This document shows positions 12,946 through 24,676 of a DNA stretch of 64,000 nt, in pieces; position 1 is the stretch's first letter, and the number at the start of each line of letters is the position of its first letter. The position numbers and the translations under genes were made by a program. Origin of the DNA: Lama guanicoe (taxonomy: Eukaryota); assembly GCA_013239625.1 (NCBI GenBank), contig MU056000.1:14970851-15034850 (forward strand), in the 5' to 3' direction. The notes below the pieces were generated by a model. It was not told the DNA's origin. It searched no databases and worked only from the letters and a program-made list of their open reading frames with translations.

Positions 12946-14019
12946 TGCAAGATTACAGTCCGTCTCTTTTATGTAGTTTCATAATCAAATGGTCATTGTG
13001 TATAAATTTAGCTCTCCTATAATGTTTTGTGTATCACTGGTACTCAACACATATTCATAATAAATATAAATCTTTTAAAAGCACAACTGGCCCTGGAAAA
13101 GTTCAATTGATTTATACTCATAATTTCTAAAGGGCAATCAGGGCAAGTCAGAAATTTCAGCTGGCATTTGACATTACCAGATCAATTATATCTCTAAAGC
13201 TACTTTTACATTGATTATAAACACTTAAATAAGTGCTCATTTGTAAATCAAATATTTACTTGACTTATGATTGAGTTTTAGATTTAATGAACATACTAGA
13301 AGGACAATGCCACCAGAAGCAAATTTCTATACTTGAGTTTCCAGAAATTCCTCTTTTATAAGGAGACCATCAAGGCACTTGGGCTGATGGGCTTTGGAAA
13401 TACTCTATCTGGTTCCTCTTATTTCCAAAACTTGAAGTTCAGAAGATAAGTATGGCCACTTCAGTTTAAAATAGATGAGAGTTCATGGGATAAGACTGGA
13501 ATTTGGTGGCAGAACAGGGTGTTACTGTGACTTTCTAGAACTTTTTTTAATCCCCTTGTGTGCCTGCATGTTATTTGAATAGTGCATCTAATCAGTCCCA
13601 GAATAATTTTCACTACTTGAGAATCATTATTGAAAGCTCCTTTTATCCTATTCCAAATGAAATCTCGTGAAATATTTTGGGAGTACAGAGAAAGAGTACA
13701 GCCCCAGAAATAATGCAATCGCCAGTTTTGTTTTTGGGGGAGTTAGGGGGGGCAGTGACAGTGTTGTAAGAAATATACAAGACTTGGGAGATTATCTGAT
13801 TTTCTTTCAGTGAATAAATCTCATGAGTATTTGAAAATCCACACCTTCAAAAGTCAGTTTCTATTGTTATCTCCCAATAGAATTTGGAAAAATATGTCCA
13901 TCACTCCTAGACTCAGTAGAGTACATTATAAACAGTCAAACAGAATTTTTTCTTACACCTTTAAAATCTAACATGTGGTCATCTCTTACACTGTCACCCC
14001 TTGGATTTCTGAAATATGA

Positions 14020-14135
14020 CAGTAATAATAATAACAAAACTTATTTGTATACCTCTCTGTACCTGGCTTATTGCTAACTACTTTCTCTGAGCCTTGCTCA
14101 AAATAAACCCATAAAGTAGATACCACTATTACTCA
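14020..14135 (-). mobile_element. MIR SINE, left part (continues at about 15198-15310)
   Basis: aataataataacaaaacttatttgtatacctctctgtacctggc...aaataaacccataaagtagataccactatt. Confidence 0.6.
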
Positions 14136-14139
14136 GATT

Positions 14140-15197
14140 TGCTAGGTTATGTACAATTTTCCATTACGCTCAAGATCTTAGTAGCCTGCAGAAAGAAGAG
14201 TGAGTTTTATATTTTGCTCATGCTATGTACTCTCTCTGGTTGACTGTGGCTCTGTTTATCACAGCTTCTTAACTCTGAGATTCAGTCTTAAAGGTCAACT
14301 TCCATCTGAGACATGCTGTCCTTGTACAAGAGTTGAATAGTGTTACTGCTCTATTAGGTTACGAATCCTGCTTGGCGCCCTAGCCCAGCAGGAGAGCCAC
14401 GCTCCAAGGGGACGGGATCTTTTTCCGTTCAGCTTGAGCATCCAGTAAAGAAACCTAAGCTGAGATTGACACAGGGCGAGTTTTATTCAGTGGCCAAAGA
14501 ACAGAGAAGCGGGAACTAAGTTCACAGACAACTTCTAACCCACCTAGTGAGAAGGGTTTAATTTAGAGTAAAGCCTGTTAGAGGAGGAGTGAGGCTAATG
14601 ACGGGGAGGCATATGCATTAGTTTACTGGGGAAGGGGAAGGGCTTTTTTGAAGGAGTGGGATGCCACCTCCTTTTTATTCTTTTTTGGTCCTTAATGTCT
14701 GGTCATGGCCCCTGGTAGGTGTGTCATCTAACATACTAATAGAGCAAAATCAATGTATAATGAGATTCGGTATTATGGAGGTCAGCTTTGTAACTGTTTT
14801 GTTCCCAGCTGGTTCCATCTGTTTTTTGTTTGTTTGTTTGTTTGTTTGTAGCTTCCTTTTTTATATCTAGACTCTTTAACTTAAAGATTTATGTTAGCTC
14901 TTGTTAAAGGTGGGGATGGCAGGTTTTGAGCAAAGACTTGGAGCAGCTCTGGCAACAGTAGGTGAAGGCAAAGCCTCATGATATTTCATGAAGCTTCAGC
15001 TGTGGAGTGGGGCACGCAACTCCATTCACACTTCATTGGTCAAAGGCAAGTCACATGATTATGTCTGATGTCAGTCGTGTAGTGGTGAGTATTCCTCCCA
15101 TGGGGAGGGGCATGCAAGCACTGTGACCCCAGGAGGTGTCATATGAGCCTCTTGTGAAAAGAGAAAACAATGTGAAACAATAATACAATTGACCACA
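14140..15197 (-). mobile_element. MLT1I/J-type MaLR LTR, split by the ERV1 LTR at 14341-14957
   Basis: ttgctcatgctatgt...ctggttgactgtggctctg lies before the insert; cacacttcattggtcaaaggcaagtcacatg...aacaataatacaattgaccaca lies after it. Confidence 0.7.
14341..14957 (-). mobile_element. ERV1-class solo LTR (617 bp)
   Basis: TG...CA termini (tgttac / gcaaca) with 4-bp flanks atag / gtag. Antisense poly(A) signal ttttattc near 14480. ERV1 motif gtcatggcccctggtaggtgtgtca; internal (TTTG)n; CpG-rich. Confidence 0.88.
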
Positions 15198-15310
15198 GGC
15201 ACTATTTCTATTTTACTAAAGAAAAGATAAATAACTTCATCAATGTCACATAGCTAGTCAGAGGCATAGCTAGAGTTCATCTCAAGCAATGTGTTTCCAA
15301 AGTCTATTTT
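15198..15310 (-). mobile_element. MIR SINE, right part
   Basis: ctattttactaaagaaaaga...aataacttcatcaatgtcacatagctagtcagaggcatagctagagttca. Confidence 0.65.
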
Positions 15311-16248
15311 ATTATGTCTTACACTATTTTGTGTTATGACATTACTTTATTCAAATGCACATAATCATATATCCCAGAGACAAGATCCTAATTACTCCCT
15401 GCATTTGCATTGAACTAATGAGCAAACAGAAAGGATCTTGCTTTCTGCTGGTTCAGATTTCCTAAGTGATTCACAATGAATGTTCACGTATGAGAAGCAG
15501 AGTGTGGCCAGGCAGATCTGTGAGAGAGTCAGTATCTGCATTTCAAATTACAAGTATTTTACACTTCTGGAAGTATCATTCCAAAAATCAAATTGCAACA
15601 ACTTCATGCTCCAGGAGCAAGTGATAGAGTCTTATTTGGTTCTTTGAAGAAGCTTGTCGTATAATGAGCTGAAATAGAATGGACTGGCAATTTCTGCAAC
15701 ATAGTATACCTGTAGTTGCTATGTTTTCATCAGCCTATTGCTTTAAATCAGTAGGCTGTCTTGAAATAACCTGCTACTTAACAGAGAATATTAAATATAT
15801 GCATTATGTCCTAGCTGTGGCTTTTATCAGAAGATAATGAAGTGTCATGTGTTTTAAAATATAGTGTTCCATTTTATAATGTAATAATCTGTCTTTAATG
15901 ATAATCACATGATAGTCCACTTATTGAACGCCTGAAAACAGAATGAAAGTAAGTCTAACAGTTAGCCCACCGAGAAAGCACCATTATTCTAGAGAAAACC
16001 TATATGTTATATATCAATAGGAAAATCAAACAATAAAATGGTACATACTTTAACATCCTTTTAAGTGGTTTTTAACCTGAGAATTCTGGAAAAAATGATC
16101 ATTCTTTAGTTATTTCAATAATTAAGTGAAGATCACGTTTTATTAGGAAGGGGAAACTTCTGAGGTCTACAGAGTAATAATAGCAAAATGTTCATGAAAT
16201 TAAGTAAAATGAAATCGCTTTTTGGAAAACAATGTGATGTAAAGCGTG

Positions 16249-18606
16249 TATAGTAGACTGAAGAATGCTCCTCACAGATATCAGGTCCTAATGCCTGGAA
16301 CATGTAAATCTCAATTAATTTAGGAAAAAAATGATCTTTTTTTACATATGTGTTTAAGTTAAGGATACGTCTTGGGTCCTAAATGCTTTCACATTTATCT
16401 TTATAAGAGGGAGGCAGGAGATTTGAAATAAACCAGGTATTGTGATGTCAGAGACTGGAGAAATGTAACATGAGCCAAGGAAGGCTGACAACCACTAGAA
16501 GCTGGACGAGGCAAGTGACAAATTTTTTCCTGGAGCCTCTGCAAGGATTGAAGCCCTACCAGCACTTTGATTTTGGTCCAGTGACACCATTTCTGAACTT
16601 CGGGTCTCTAGAACTATGGTACAATAAATTTATGTTCTTTTAAGTCACCAACAGAAACAACCCACAACCCACAGAAAGTTAAACAACCCACAGAAAGTTA
16701 ATATAGATGAGGTACAGGGATATGTGATATTGTGTAATAAAAGCCTGACAATGTGGAAGGGGCTTTGGAATCTAATAATGTGTAGGGGCTGGAAGAATTT
16801 TGTGGCACGTGATAGAAAATGCCTAGATATATATAAACAGACTGTTAGTGGAAATGTGGGTTAAAAGCAAGGGTCAGAAGGAAAAAAAGGAACATATCAT
16901 TGGAAACCGAGGGAAAGGCAAACCTTGCTGTTTAGTGACAAAAACTTAGCTGAATCATGTTCTACAGTTGTTTGGAGAAGCAGAACTTATAAGCAAGGAA
17001 CTGGGTGTTTACTTGAGGATATTTCCAAGCAAAGCATTAAAGATGTTAGTCTAATTTTAGCAAAATGGAAGCAGACAGATATAAATTAAGGGGAAAAAAA
17101 CTTAAGCAAAGAGAACCAGCGCTTGACAATTTTTGGAAATTCTAAGCCTATTCAGATGGAAAAATATGATAGAATTGGGAGAGTAACTGTTAGGAAAGCA
17201 TACTTTGGAGGCAAGGCCAATGGTGTGTCTGGACAACCTTTTACTAGTACTGAAAAGATTACATAAATGGCTCATGGATTCACTCAACCAGTAGACCCCT
17301 GGAATAGAGGTGAGATTATCCAAAAAAATATCTGTGCAGGATTCTTTGTCTAAAGGTGTGAATCTCTGGGATCCCTGTGACTTGCATGGACAGCCTACAA
17401 AGTTTTTTGAGAATGCTGTACTGCCATTAATACTACAAGCTTGGACTGAAATGGATAGACATGGGATAAAATGAAGAAAGGTCTTTGAAATACAAAAACT
17501 CTACAGACAGAAAATAGGATGATAAAACTACTGAGAAGCAAACATATGTTCCCCCTCAACTATAAGGGAAGATGATTCTGAGGACAGAAACTTGGGCCCA
17601 GAGGCCATAGCACTGGGCTCAGAAGAAGAGATGTCGGCCAGAAGCCCAGCAGCAGAAGCTGGAGCTGTATTGCAGATGTCAGTCTGAATACAGAGGATTA
17701 TTCCCAGTCCTTAAAACAATGGAACCTGCCCTGCTTGATCTCAGAAGTACTTGGAATTTGTTAATCCTTTCTTCCTTCCATTTTCTCCCTCTTAGAATGG
17801 AGATGTCTATAAATATTAGATTATATCTATCTCATAATTATTTTCTGGCACCAGATAGCTTTCCTAGCTTCACAGGTACAGAGATGGAGAAAAAAATTGG
17901 CTCAGAATGGATCATGTGAAAGATCTCATACACTCTTAATTTAAATGATTTAGATAATGAGATTTGGAATTTTGGAACTGATGGTATTTAGATGACATCT
18001 TGGATGTGTGTCAGTGCTTAAATGTGTTGTAACTTTGGAGCTCTTGGCAGGGGGAGTGAATATATTTTGCATGCCTTATAGACATGAATCATTGAAAGCC
18101 AGAGAGAAGACTATAGTAAGCTGAATTATGTCCCCCAAAGATATCAAGACCTAATCCCTTAAGCATATACCCATAAGGTAAGTGTTACTTTATTTGGGAA
18201 AAACGAAAGACTTTTGCAAGGCTTTTGCAGAACTGATAGAAATTAACATGTTGAGATGAGGAGATTTTCCAGATTATCTGGGTGATCCCTAAATGTAATT
18301 ACATGTATTCATATAAGAAGGAGAGAGGTTAAACACATCACAAAAAAGGCAACATGACTATGGAGGCTAAGATTGTAGTGATGCGGTACAGACCAAGGAA
18401 TGCTGGCAGTATCTCCTGGAAAAGGCAAGGGACAGATTCTACCTTGAGCCTCAGAGAAAAGGTCACCCTACCAACACAACTTGATTTTAGCCCGGTGATA
18501 CTGATGTCAAACTTTTGGCCTCCTAAACTGTGAAAGAAAAAATATTTATTGTTTAAGCTACCAAGTTTGTTGCAATTTGTTACAGCAGTCATAAGAAACT
18601 CATACA
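16249..18606 (+). mobile_element. Complete MaLR element: MLT1C-type LTR - internal region - LTR
   Basis: 5' LTR about 16249-16705. Internal region 16706-18111 with MaLR ORF relic (CRGWKNFVARDRKCLD) and purine tract agccagagagaagac. 3' LTR 18112-18606 ending aactcataca. 5-bp TSD gcgtg (16244-16248) / gcatg (18607-18611). Confidence 0.9.
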
Positions 18607-20289
18607 GCATGTAAGATGCTGTCTCCTATCTGAACTGTATTAACATTTGTTAATAAACATAAGATATTATATAAATTATCCAAATTTAATCTAATGGTAA
18701 AATATCTGTTTTATAATTATTTGTACCTATTTCATTAATAAAATCAAATGCTTATCTGAACAAAATGTTTCATATTAGAAGTTAGGCTTTATTGTCAAAT
18801 TTTAAAGAAGCAAAAAAAGAAAAAAATTGAGTAGGTAAAGAATATGAATGCACTCAGTTGTATAGTTTGGTGCATAATGCATCTGTTTACAGGAGTTCCA
18901 GTTTCATTTCAAGTCTGTTTTTCCCTGTTTACCTCAGAACAGTTGTGAGGACCCAACGACTGAGCAAATATATATTAATGGCTTCAGTTCTAAGGCATAT
19001 AAGTACAGAATGGTGATTATTGATTTTTGACCCTATTGTTACCTCATTAGAATCTGGAGGACTATTCTGGAACCTGCACATCCACATCTCTCACCAGATC
19101 TTCCTTACTTTTCCAGTCCTCTAGATTTCATTGAGAATTGTCCTGTTTTCACATACTTTTCAAATTGAACACAACTGCAAATATCTCTTCCATTTTTAGA
19201 CTGCTTTTGGAACCAAGATCTTAACCTGCATTTTTTTCAAAATATAAAATGTTTTATGTGTTTGTTATTGAATTGCAAGGACATGCTTCAGCTGAAAAGA
19301 TAAAGAATTTTGGAGCTTTAGCAACAATTTTTTGTAAAAATCTTAATGTTTCTCTTAAAAATTGCCTGTATTGCTCATTTCCCAGTTTTCCAATCTAGAC
19401 AAGAGGTGTTCTGGCTGGTAATTTATCTGAGCATATTCAAGTCTCTTTATATATATATATCGTACCAGTTGGGGAAATGTGAAGATTAACCTGTACCATC
19501 CCCACAGGGATAGAACAACTCCTCACACAGAACCAAGTTTGATAGGATTTTATTGAATTTCCTCTAAAAGACACTCATTTAGTTTCTTGGGCATTTCTTC
19601 TTGGAGTGTAGAGCTAAATTTCAACAAACTACATAATTATTCCCCAAACCATTAACAATAGTAGGCTGATCACAGTTATTTTGATAGTTTATTCAAGAAA
19701 TTCTGCTGGTTTTTCAAACAGTGTATTATTATCTTAACTTCAGTCACAAGGATGGGCTATATTTAGACCATATTTCTTAATCAGACCATATTTAATCTAC
19801 CTCTAATTAGACATTTATTGTATTACTATAGAACTATTTGTCAAATCCATGGGGATATTTCTATAACAATTGTGAAAATGAGATATTTCTAAGGGGAATA
19901 GGATAAAGCTCGTAGTAGGTAACCTTCATCATATGTATTAATGTATTAATCTGAACAGATAGAAATGATAAGTCTGCTGTCCTCTGAAGATGCTGCCTTT
20001 GTGACTCATAATCCTAGAGGTATCAAAAAGAGGCCAAACAAGTTAAAAGACTATATATTTAAAAGAATTCATCACAAAAACTATAGTGGATAATTATCAT
20101 AATGTATGTGCAAAGCATTTGAAACCTAAAAGTATTTATTGAAATTCTACCAAAAAAGGATTGACGAGGCTCACCTCACACTATAGAAAGAAAATATAAT
20201 ACTTCAGTAGGTTTTATTAGTGTTTCCAATTATCCACTGTCTTAAGTATTGAAGGATTTTACATCCTTGTCTTTTGTCAGGTTATTTTG

Positions 20290-20580
20290 AGTGCCTCTTT
20301 AGGGCAGAATTTTAATTTCCTGCCCCATTAACACCATACTTGGCCATGTAATCTGCTTCCATCAAGGAAATGTACACAGAAGTGATTGTGTACAGTGTCA
20401 GAGCAGAAGCTTCCATATACATCATATTATTCTGCTCTTTCACCCTAAGTCCTAAAATGAGAACACATAAGGGGTAGAATCTCAGTTAACACAACACTGG
20501 TCTGTAAAGTAAGATACACATTATCTTGTTAAAAGTAGGTGTTATATTTCTTACGGCATAATTTGAAGGAAGCTATCCAG
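20290..20580 (+). mobile_element. MLT1-type (H/I-like) MaLR LTR remnant
   Basis: ttcctgccccattaacaccatacttggccatgtaatctgcttccatcaaggaaatgtacacagaagtga...cagagcagaagctt. Confidence 0.6.
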
Positions 20581-20639
20581 CCCACTTGGTGTCCCACTAA
20601 TGTATCAACATGTCTCATAACCTGAACTCATTGTAAACA

Positions 20640-21745
20640 CTCATGAAGAAGGATATAGTAACAAAAATGCAGAGCCAGAGGAGAATACATTCTGTTGGCA
20701 GTGGCAGCTGGATTAGCCAGATGCATTTTCCAGGGGAAAAAGTATCTACTGTCTGATGCTGACAATGGAAGCAACAATGAAAGCATTCCTCTAGCTTTTT
20801 AGAAGAAGCAGTTCTCTGCAGTCTTCATGGCATGGTTTTGACTGCAGCTCCGGCTTCTGCTTAAACTCTGTTCTTCCAGATCTAGCGTCTTACGAACTTC
20901 TGTGAGCTGACAGGCAACCTCTATGCTTAAGTCATACAGTTAGTTTCTGGGGCTTTCAAATAAGTAACAGCTGTTCCAAAAGTGGTCAATAGAAGGGGGT
21001 GTGAGCAATCATTCAGAGAAATGAAAACAACTAATTATTGATTGTCTGGCCATGTTAAAGAGGAAGGCGTTTTACCAAGTTAATGGATACAGGAGACAGA
21101 TTGGTGGTTGTCAGAGAGGTAGAGTGGGAGGTGGGAGAAATGGGTGAGGGGAGTCAAAATTCACAAACTTCCAGGTATAAAATAAGTTATAGGGGAGGTA
21201 ATGTATAGCATGATGACTGTAGCTAATAATACTGTATTGTATAGTTGAAAATTGCCAAGATTGTAGATCTCAAAAATTCTTACCGTTAGAAAAAAATCTA
21301 ACTGTATAATGACATATGTTAACTATAGTTACTGTGGTGCTCATTGCACAATATATACAAATATCAAATGTATACCTGAAACTAATACAACGTATATCCA
21401 TTATGCCTCAATTAAAAAAAAAAAGACAAAGACATTTTAAATTCTGCTAGTCATTTTGGGAGATTCTCAGGCATCTTGGCCCGCAGTGAAAAACATTTTT
21501 AATTGCAATCTGTGATCACCTGGAAAAAGGTGTACAATGAAGGAAAAGATTTAAGAGGCTGACCACTCTCACATAATAGTATAAATAATATAAAATATTG
21601 AAAGACTATGAGGTGAGAAAATTCCTCCAGTAGTGTTGAACAGCTTAGGAAAAAAAAAAAGAGGTAGATTTCTTAAATATATTCCTCAAGGCAATGGCAG
21701 AAGCCTAGGGGCATTCTAAAACTATATTAAAGAACAACTGATTGT
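20640..21745 (+). mobile_element. ERVL-class LTR plus start of internal (gag-like) region, split by an L1
   Basis: LTR-like end gcttaagtcatacagttagtttctggggctttcaaataag, then internal sequence with broken gag-like peptides (SWPAV..., KDYEV...VLNSLGKK) resembling ERVL/ERV3-16A3 internal sequence. Confidence 0.5.
21080..21424 (+). mobile_element. L1 3' end (L1MA9/Laurasiatherian-type) with poly(A)
   Basis: acagattggtggttgtcagag...acaaacttccaggtataaaataag...aataatactgtattgtatagttgaaa...acctgaaactaata...ctcaattaaaaaaaaaa. Degenerate TSD aaagaggaaggcgtttta / aaagacaaagacatttta. Confidence 0.88.
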
Positions 21746-22910
21746 TTGGAGAGCCTGGACTACACCAGATAAAGCTAAGTGGAAATTTTGAATCTGTGAG
21801 TTGTCAAATGGCAACTGGTTCAATTTACTGTCTGACCAATTATCTAGGTAATTGGGCTTTTCTGCTGATGTTTTTGCTTGTTTCTTTGTCTCAATATCTG
21901 GAAGAATGAAGCAGTCTCCCATACAACCTTAAAATTAAAAAAATTCTGAATCCTACCTCTTAAATGTTAAAACATCACCTTCCAATTTCCCAGGATCTTT
22001 TCTGATATTTTATGCCAATCAGATTTATCATCCATGGAAATGGAATGAAAATTTACTAAAACTTCAAAAATTCAATATTTTTGACTCCATCAAGGCCAGA
22101 TTCTTGATCATACCAAAGGTTACATCCAGTGAATTCTGGTTCTGATAATGGTAGCGTTGCACATCCTGGGCTTACTCTCCAATACATAAATAAATAAGTA
22201 CACAAATAAACTATTACATACAAAAAATTAAAGGTTCTGGAGTACTACAAAAAAGCAGGCAGAAACTGGAGAGAATTTGACTCAAAATAAAGAAATATCA
22301 TTGGGTGAAATCTATATTAATTTTTTTTAATCCTCTAAGGAATAACCAGTATATATGGTATAGATTTGATAGAAGTCAGGTTGAAATCCACATTCACAGG
22401 GCAGACTTTATGCCTCTAGGTAAAAAGTAATAGCTAAAAGATGAAGAAAGGTGAGCAGAGATCTCAGCTACTGAAAACAGAATTTGGGAATCAAATAATC
22501 TTGAGTTAAAAAGCCTTGGAAAATACTCCAATCACTCCATCAAAACCCCAGAAGGATCATGCTTTTACAACAATAACTATCTGAAGACTATGGATTCACT
22601 GTGCCATTTAGAGTGAAACATAAATGGATAATAGAATTGATATATCTTAGCAGGGCTGATTAAGAAAAAAATAGAGAAAATACAAATTACCATTAAGAAT
22701 GAAAGAGACTACGTATTTTTAGAGATTAAACACATTGTAATGGGAAAGTATGAACAATACTTTATTCATTATATGCAAATTATTAATTATAATAATATAA
22801 TAATAATTATAATTGAAAAGCACTGACCAAAGGAAAAATAAAAAATATTAATAACTCAGTAACTATCAAATAAGTTTAATATTTAGTCTAAGACATTCCC
22901 TCAATGAAAA

Positions 22911-23050
22911 ATATATGTGTGTATGTTTGTGTGTGTGTGTATATATATGTGTGTGTGTGTATATATATATATACACATTATATAGCATATATATGCATAT
23001 ATGTAAAATGTAAAGCTATGTATACATTGTATATATACATACATACATAT
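22911..23050 (+). repeat. Compound (TG)n/(TA)n alternating purine-pyrimidine tract
   Basis: Read directly. Confidence 0.9.
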
Positions 23051-23541
23051 AATTACTAATATCCCTTATAAACATAACAGATGCATTCATATTAAATTAT
23101 ATATTTAAATTATTAGTGTAGCATATTAAATCCAGTGATACCTAAAATATTGAATCCAGTAATACATAAAATGTTTAATACATCATGACTAAGTCAAGTT
23201 TGTTCCAGAAATACAAATTTAATTTAACCTTTGGAAAATGAATCAAATCAATTTCTATATTAACACATTATAAAACACATGATCCTTAAATAGATATTTA
23301 AAGTTTGATACAATTCAAAGCAGCTCAATAACAAGTCTCAGGAAACTGGGGATTAAAGTGAATATCCTCAAATTATTATACATGATTATACATGAAAATG
23401 CTACATATAGCCTTGTATTAATGGTGAAATATTAAACAATTTCCTGGTAAACAAGGAAAAAAGGTAATTATTTCCAGTCTTTATTCTCACTACTATTTTT
23501 AATATTGCACTATGAACTAGACTTTAAGATATTTAAGAGAA

Positions 23542-23695
23542 GGTGGAGGATATAGCTCAAATGGTAGAGCGCATCCTTAGCATGCATGAGATCCCGGGTT
23601 CAGTCCCCAGTACCTCCTCTAAAAATAAATAAAACCTAATTACCTACACCCTAAAATAAAATAATTAACTAATACAATAGATAAAATATTTTAAA
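23542..23695 (+). mobile_element. Vic-1-type camelid SINE (tRNA-Ala-derived)
   Basis: tRNA-Ala-like head with A box (tagctcaaatgg) and B box (ggttcagtcc), then tail aaataaataaaacctaattacc and an A-rich end. TSD aagatatttaagagaa (23526-23541) / aagttatttaagagaa (23696-23711) at a ttt|aaga L1-endonuclease site. Confidence 0.92.
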
Positions 23696-24523
23696 AAGTT
23701 ATTTAAGAGAAATAAATGTGTAAAGTAAAAAGGGCAATAACACAAAAAAGAGAGTAAGTGTATAAAATCAGAACAGAAGTAAAACTATTTCTACTCAAGG
23801 ATAAGTTGTCTCTTAACATAAAATACTAAAGAATATGCAGAATAACTACTAGCCTGAATAAACTGAGTAACTTTTCAGTATGTGTGTCAACATAGAAAAA
23901 ATTAGTATTAGTGTATTTTGAAATACAATAACAAACATCCAGGAAAATAAAATAGACAAATTATATATAAACTACCATAAAATAGTTTGGAGTAGATGTA
24001 ACAAAAATATTTAAGTTCTCTATACTGTAAACTGCAAATATTCCTAAGAGAATTAAAGAAAAAAACTTAACCTGTTGGAGATATATGACATGTAAATAGT
24101 TGAATTACTGAATATTGTTAAGGATATTCTCATAAATTTTTTATAGATTATTTAATGCAATATTGGTCAGAATTCTAAAAGTCTCTTTCATAGGAATTTG
24201 TAAATGTATTCTAAAAGTTTTATGGAAAAATCATGACTTCCACTGTGTGTATTCATTTTGATGATTGTACAACTTATTGTTGTGATAAAGCACAAATTAG
24301 CTCATTTGTTGATTATTACTTGGATTCTACCAGATGAAGTAAAGTTTTCTCTTAGTAGATATTGTTCTTTAATTGAGAGAGGGCATGAGGACTAGATAAT
24401 GTGAGTATGAAGTGAACATTAGTCTTTTTGGAACTAAAAGTAAACATAACTTATATATAGAAAAATTTTAAAAGAAGTGGGTAGAGGCATTGAAACACAT
24501 TAGTAATTTGTAGTAGAAAGTTT

Positions 24524-24676
24524 TTTATTCATTCTCTTTTTATTGAAGTATAGTCAGTTTACAATGTGTCAATTTCTGGTGTACAGCATAATATTTCAAT
24601 TATACATATACATACATATTTGTTTTTATATTTTTTCATTATAGGTTAAAGGTATTGAATATGGAGTTAATATCTG
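24524..24676 (-). mobile_element. Very short artiodactyl/camelid L1 3' end
   Basis: ttttttattgaagtatagtcagtttacaatgtgtcaatttctggtgtacagcata. Candidate TSD tgtagtagaaagttt (24509-24523) / tgtagcagaaatttt (24677-24691). Confidence 0.85.

Larger units (their letters stand above)
22135..24240 (+). mobile_element. Old L1M fragment(s): 5' region plus degraded ORF2 (RT region)
   Basis: A-rich ORF2-like text: atacatcatgactaagtcaagtttgttccagaaatacaa; tttgatacaattcaa; ctcaggaaactggggattaaagtgaatatcctcaa; taatggtgaaatattaaacaatttcc; ttatttaatgcaata. Contains a microsatellite and a SINE. Confidence 0.75.

Noticed and set aside
23542..23616. Possible tRNA-Ala gene (also about 56528-56603)
   Set aside because: Mismatched stems, a SINE tail and flanking TSDs show these are retroposed SINE copies.
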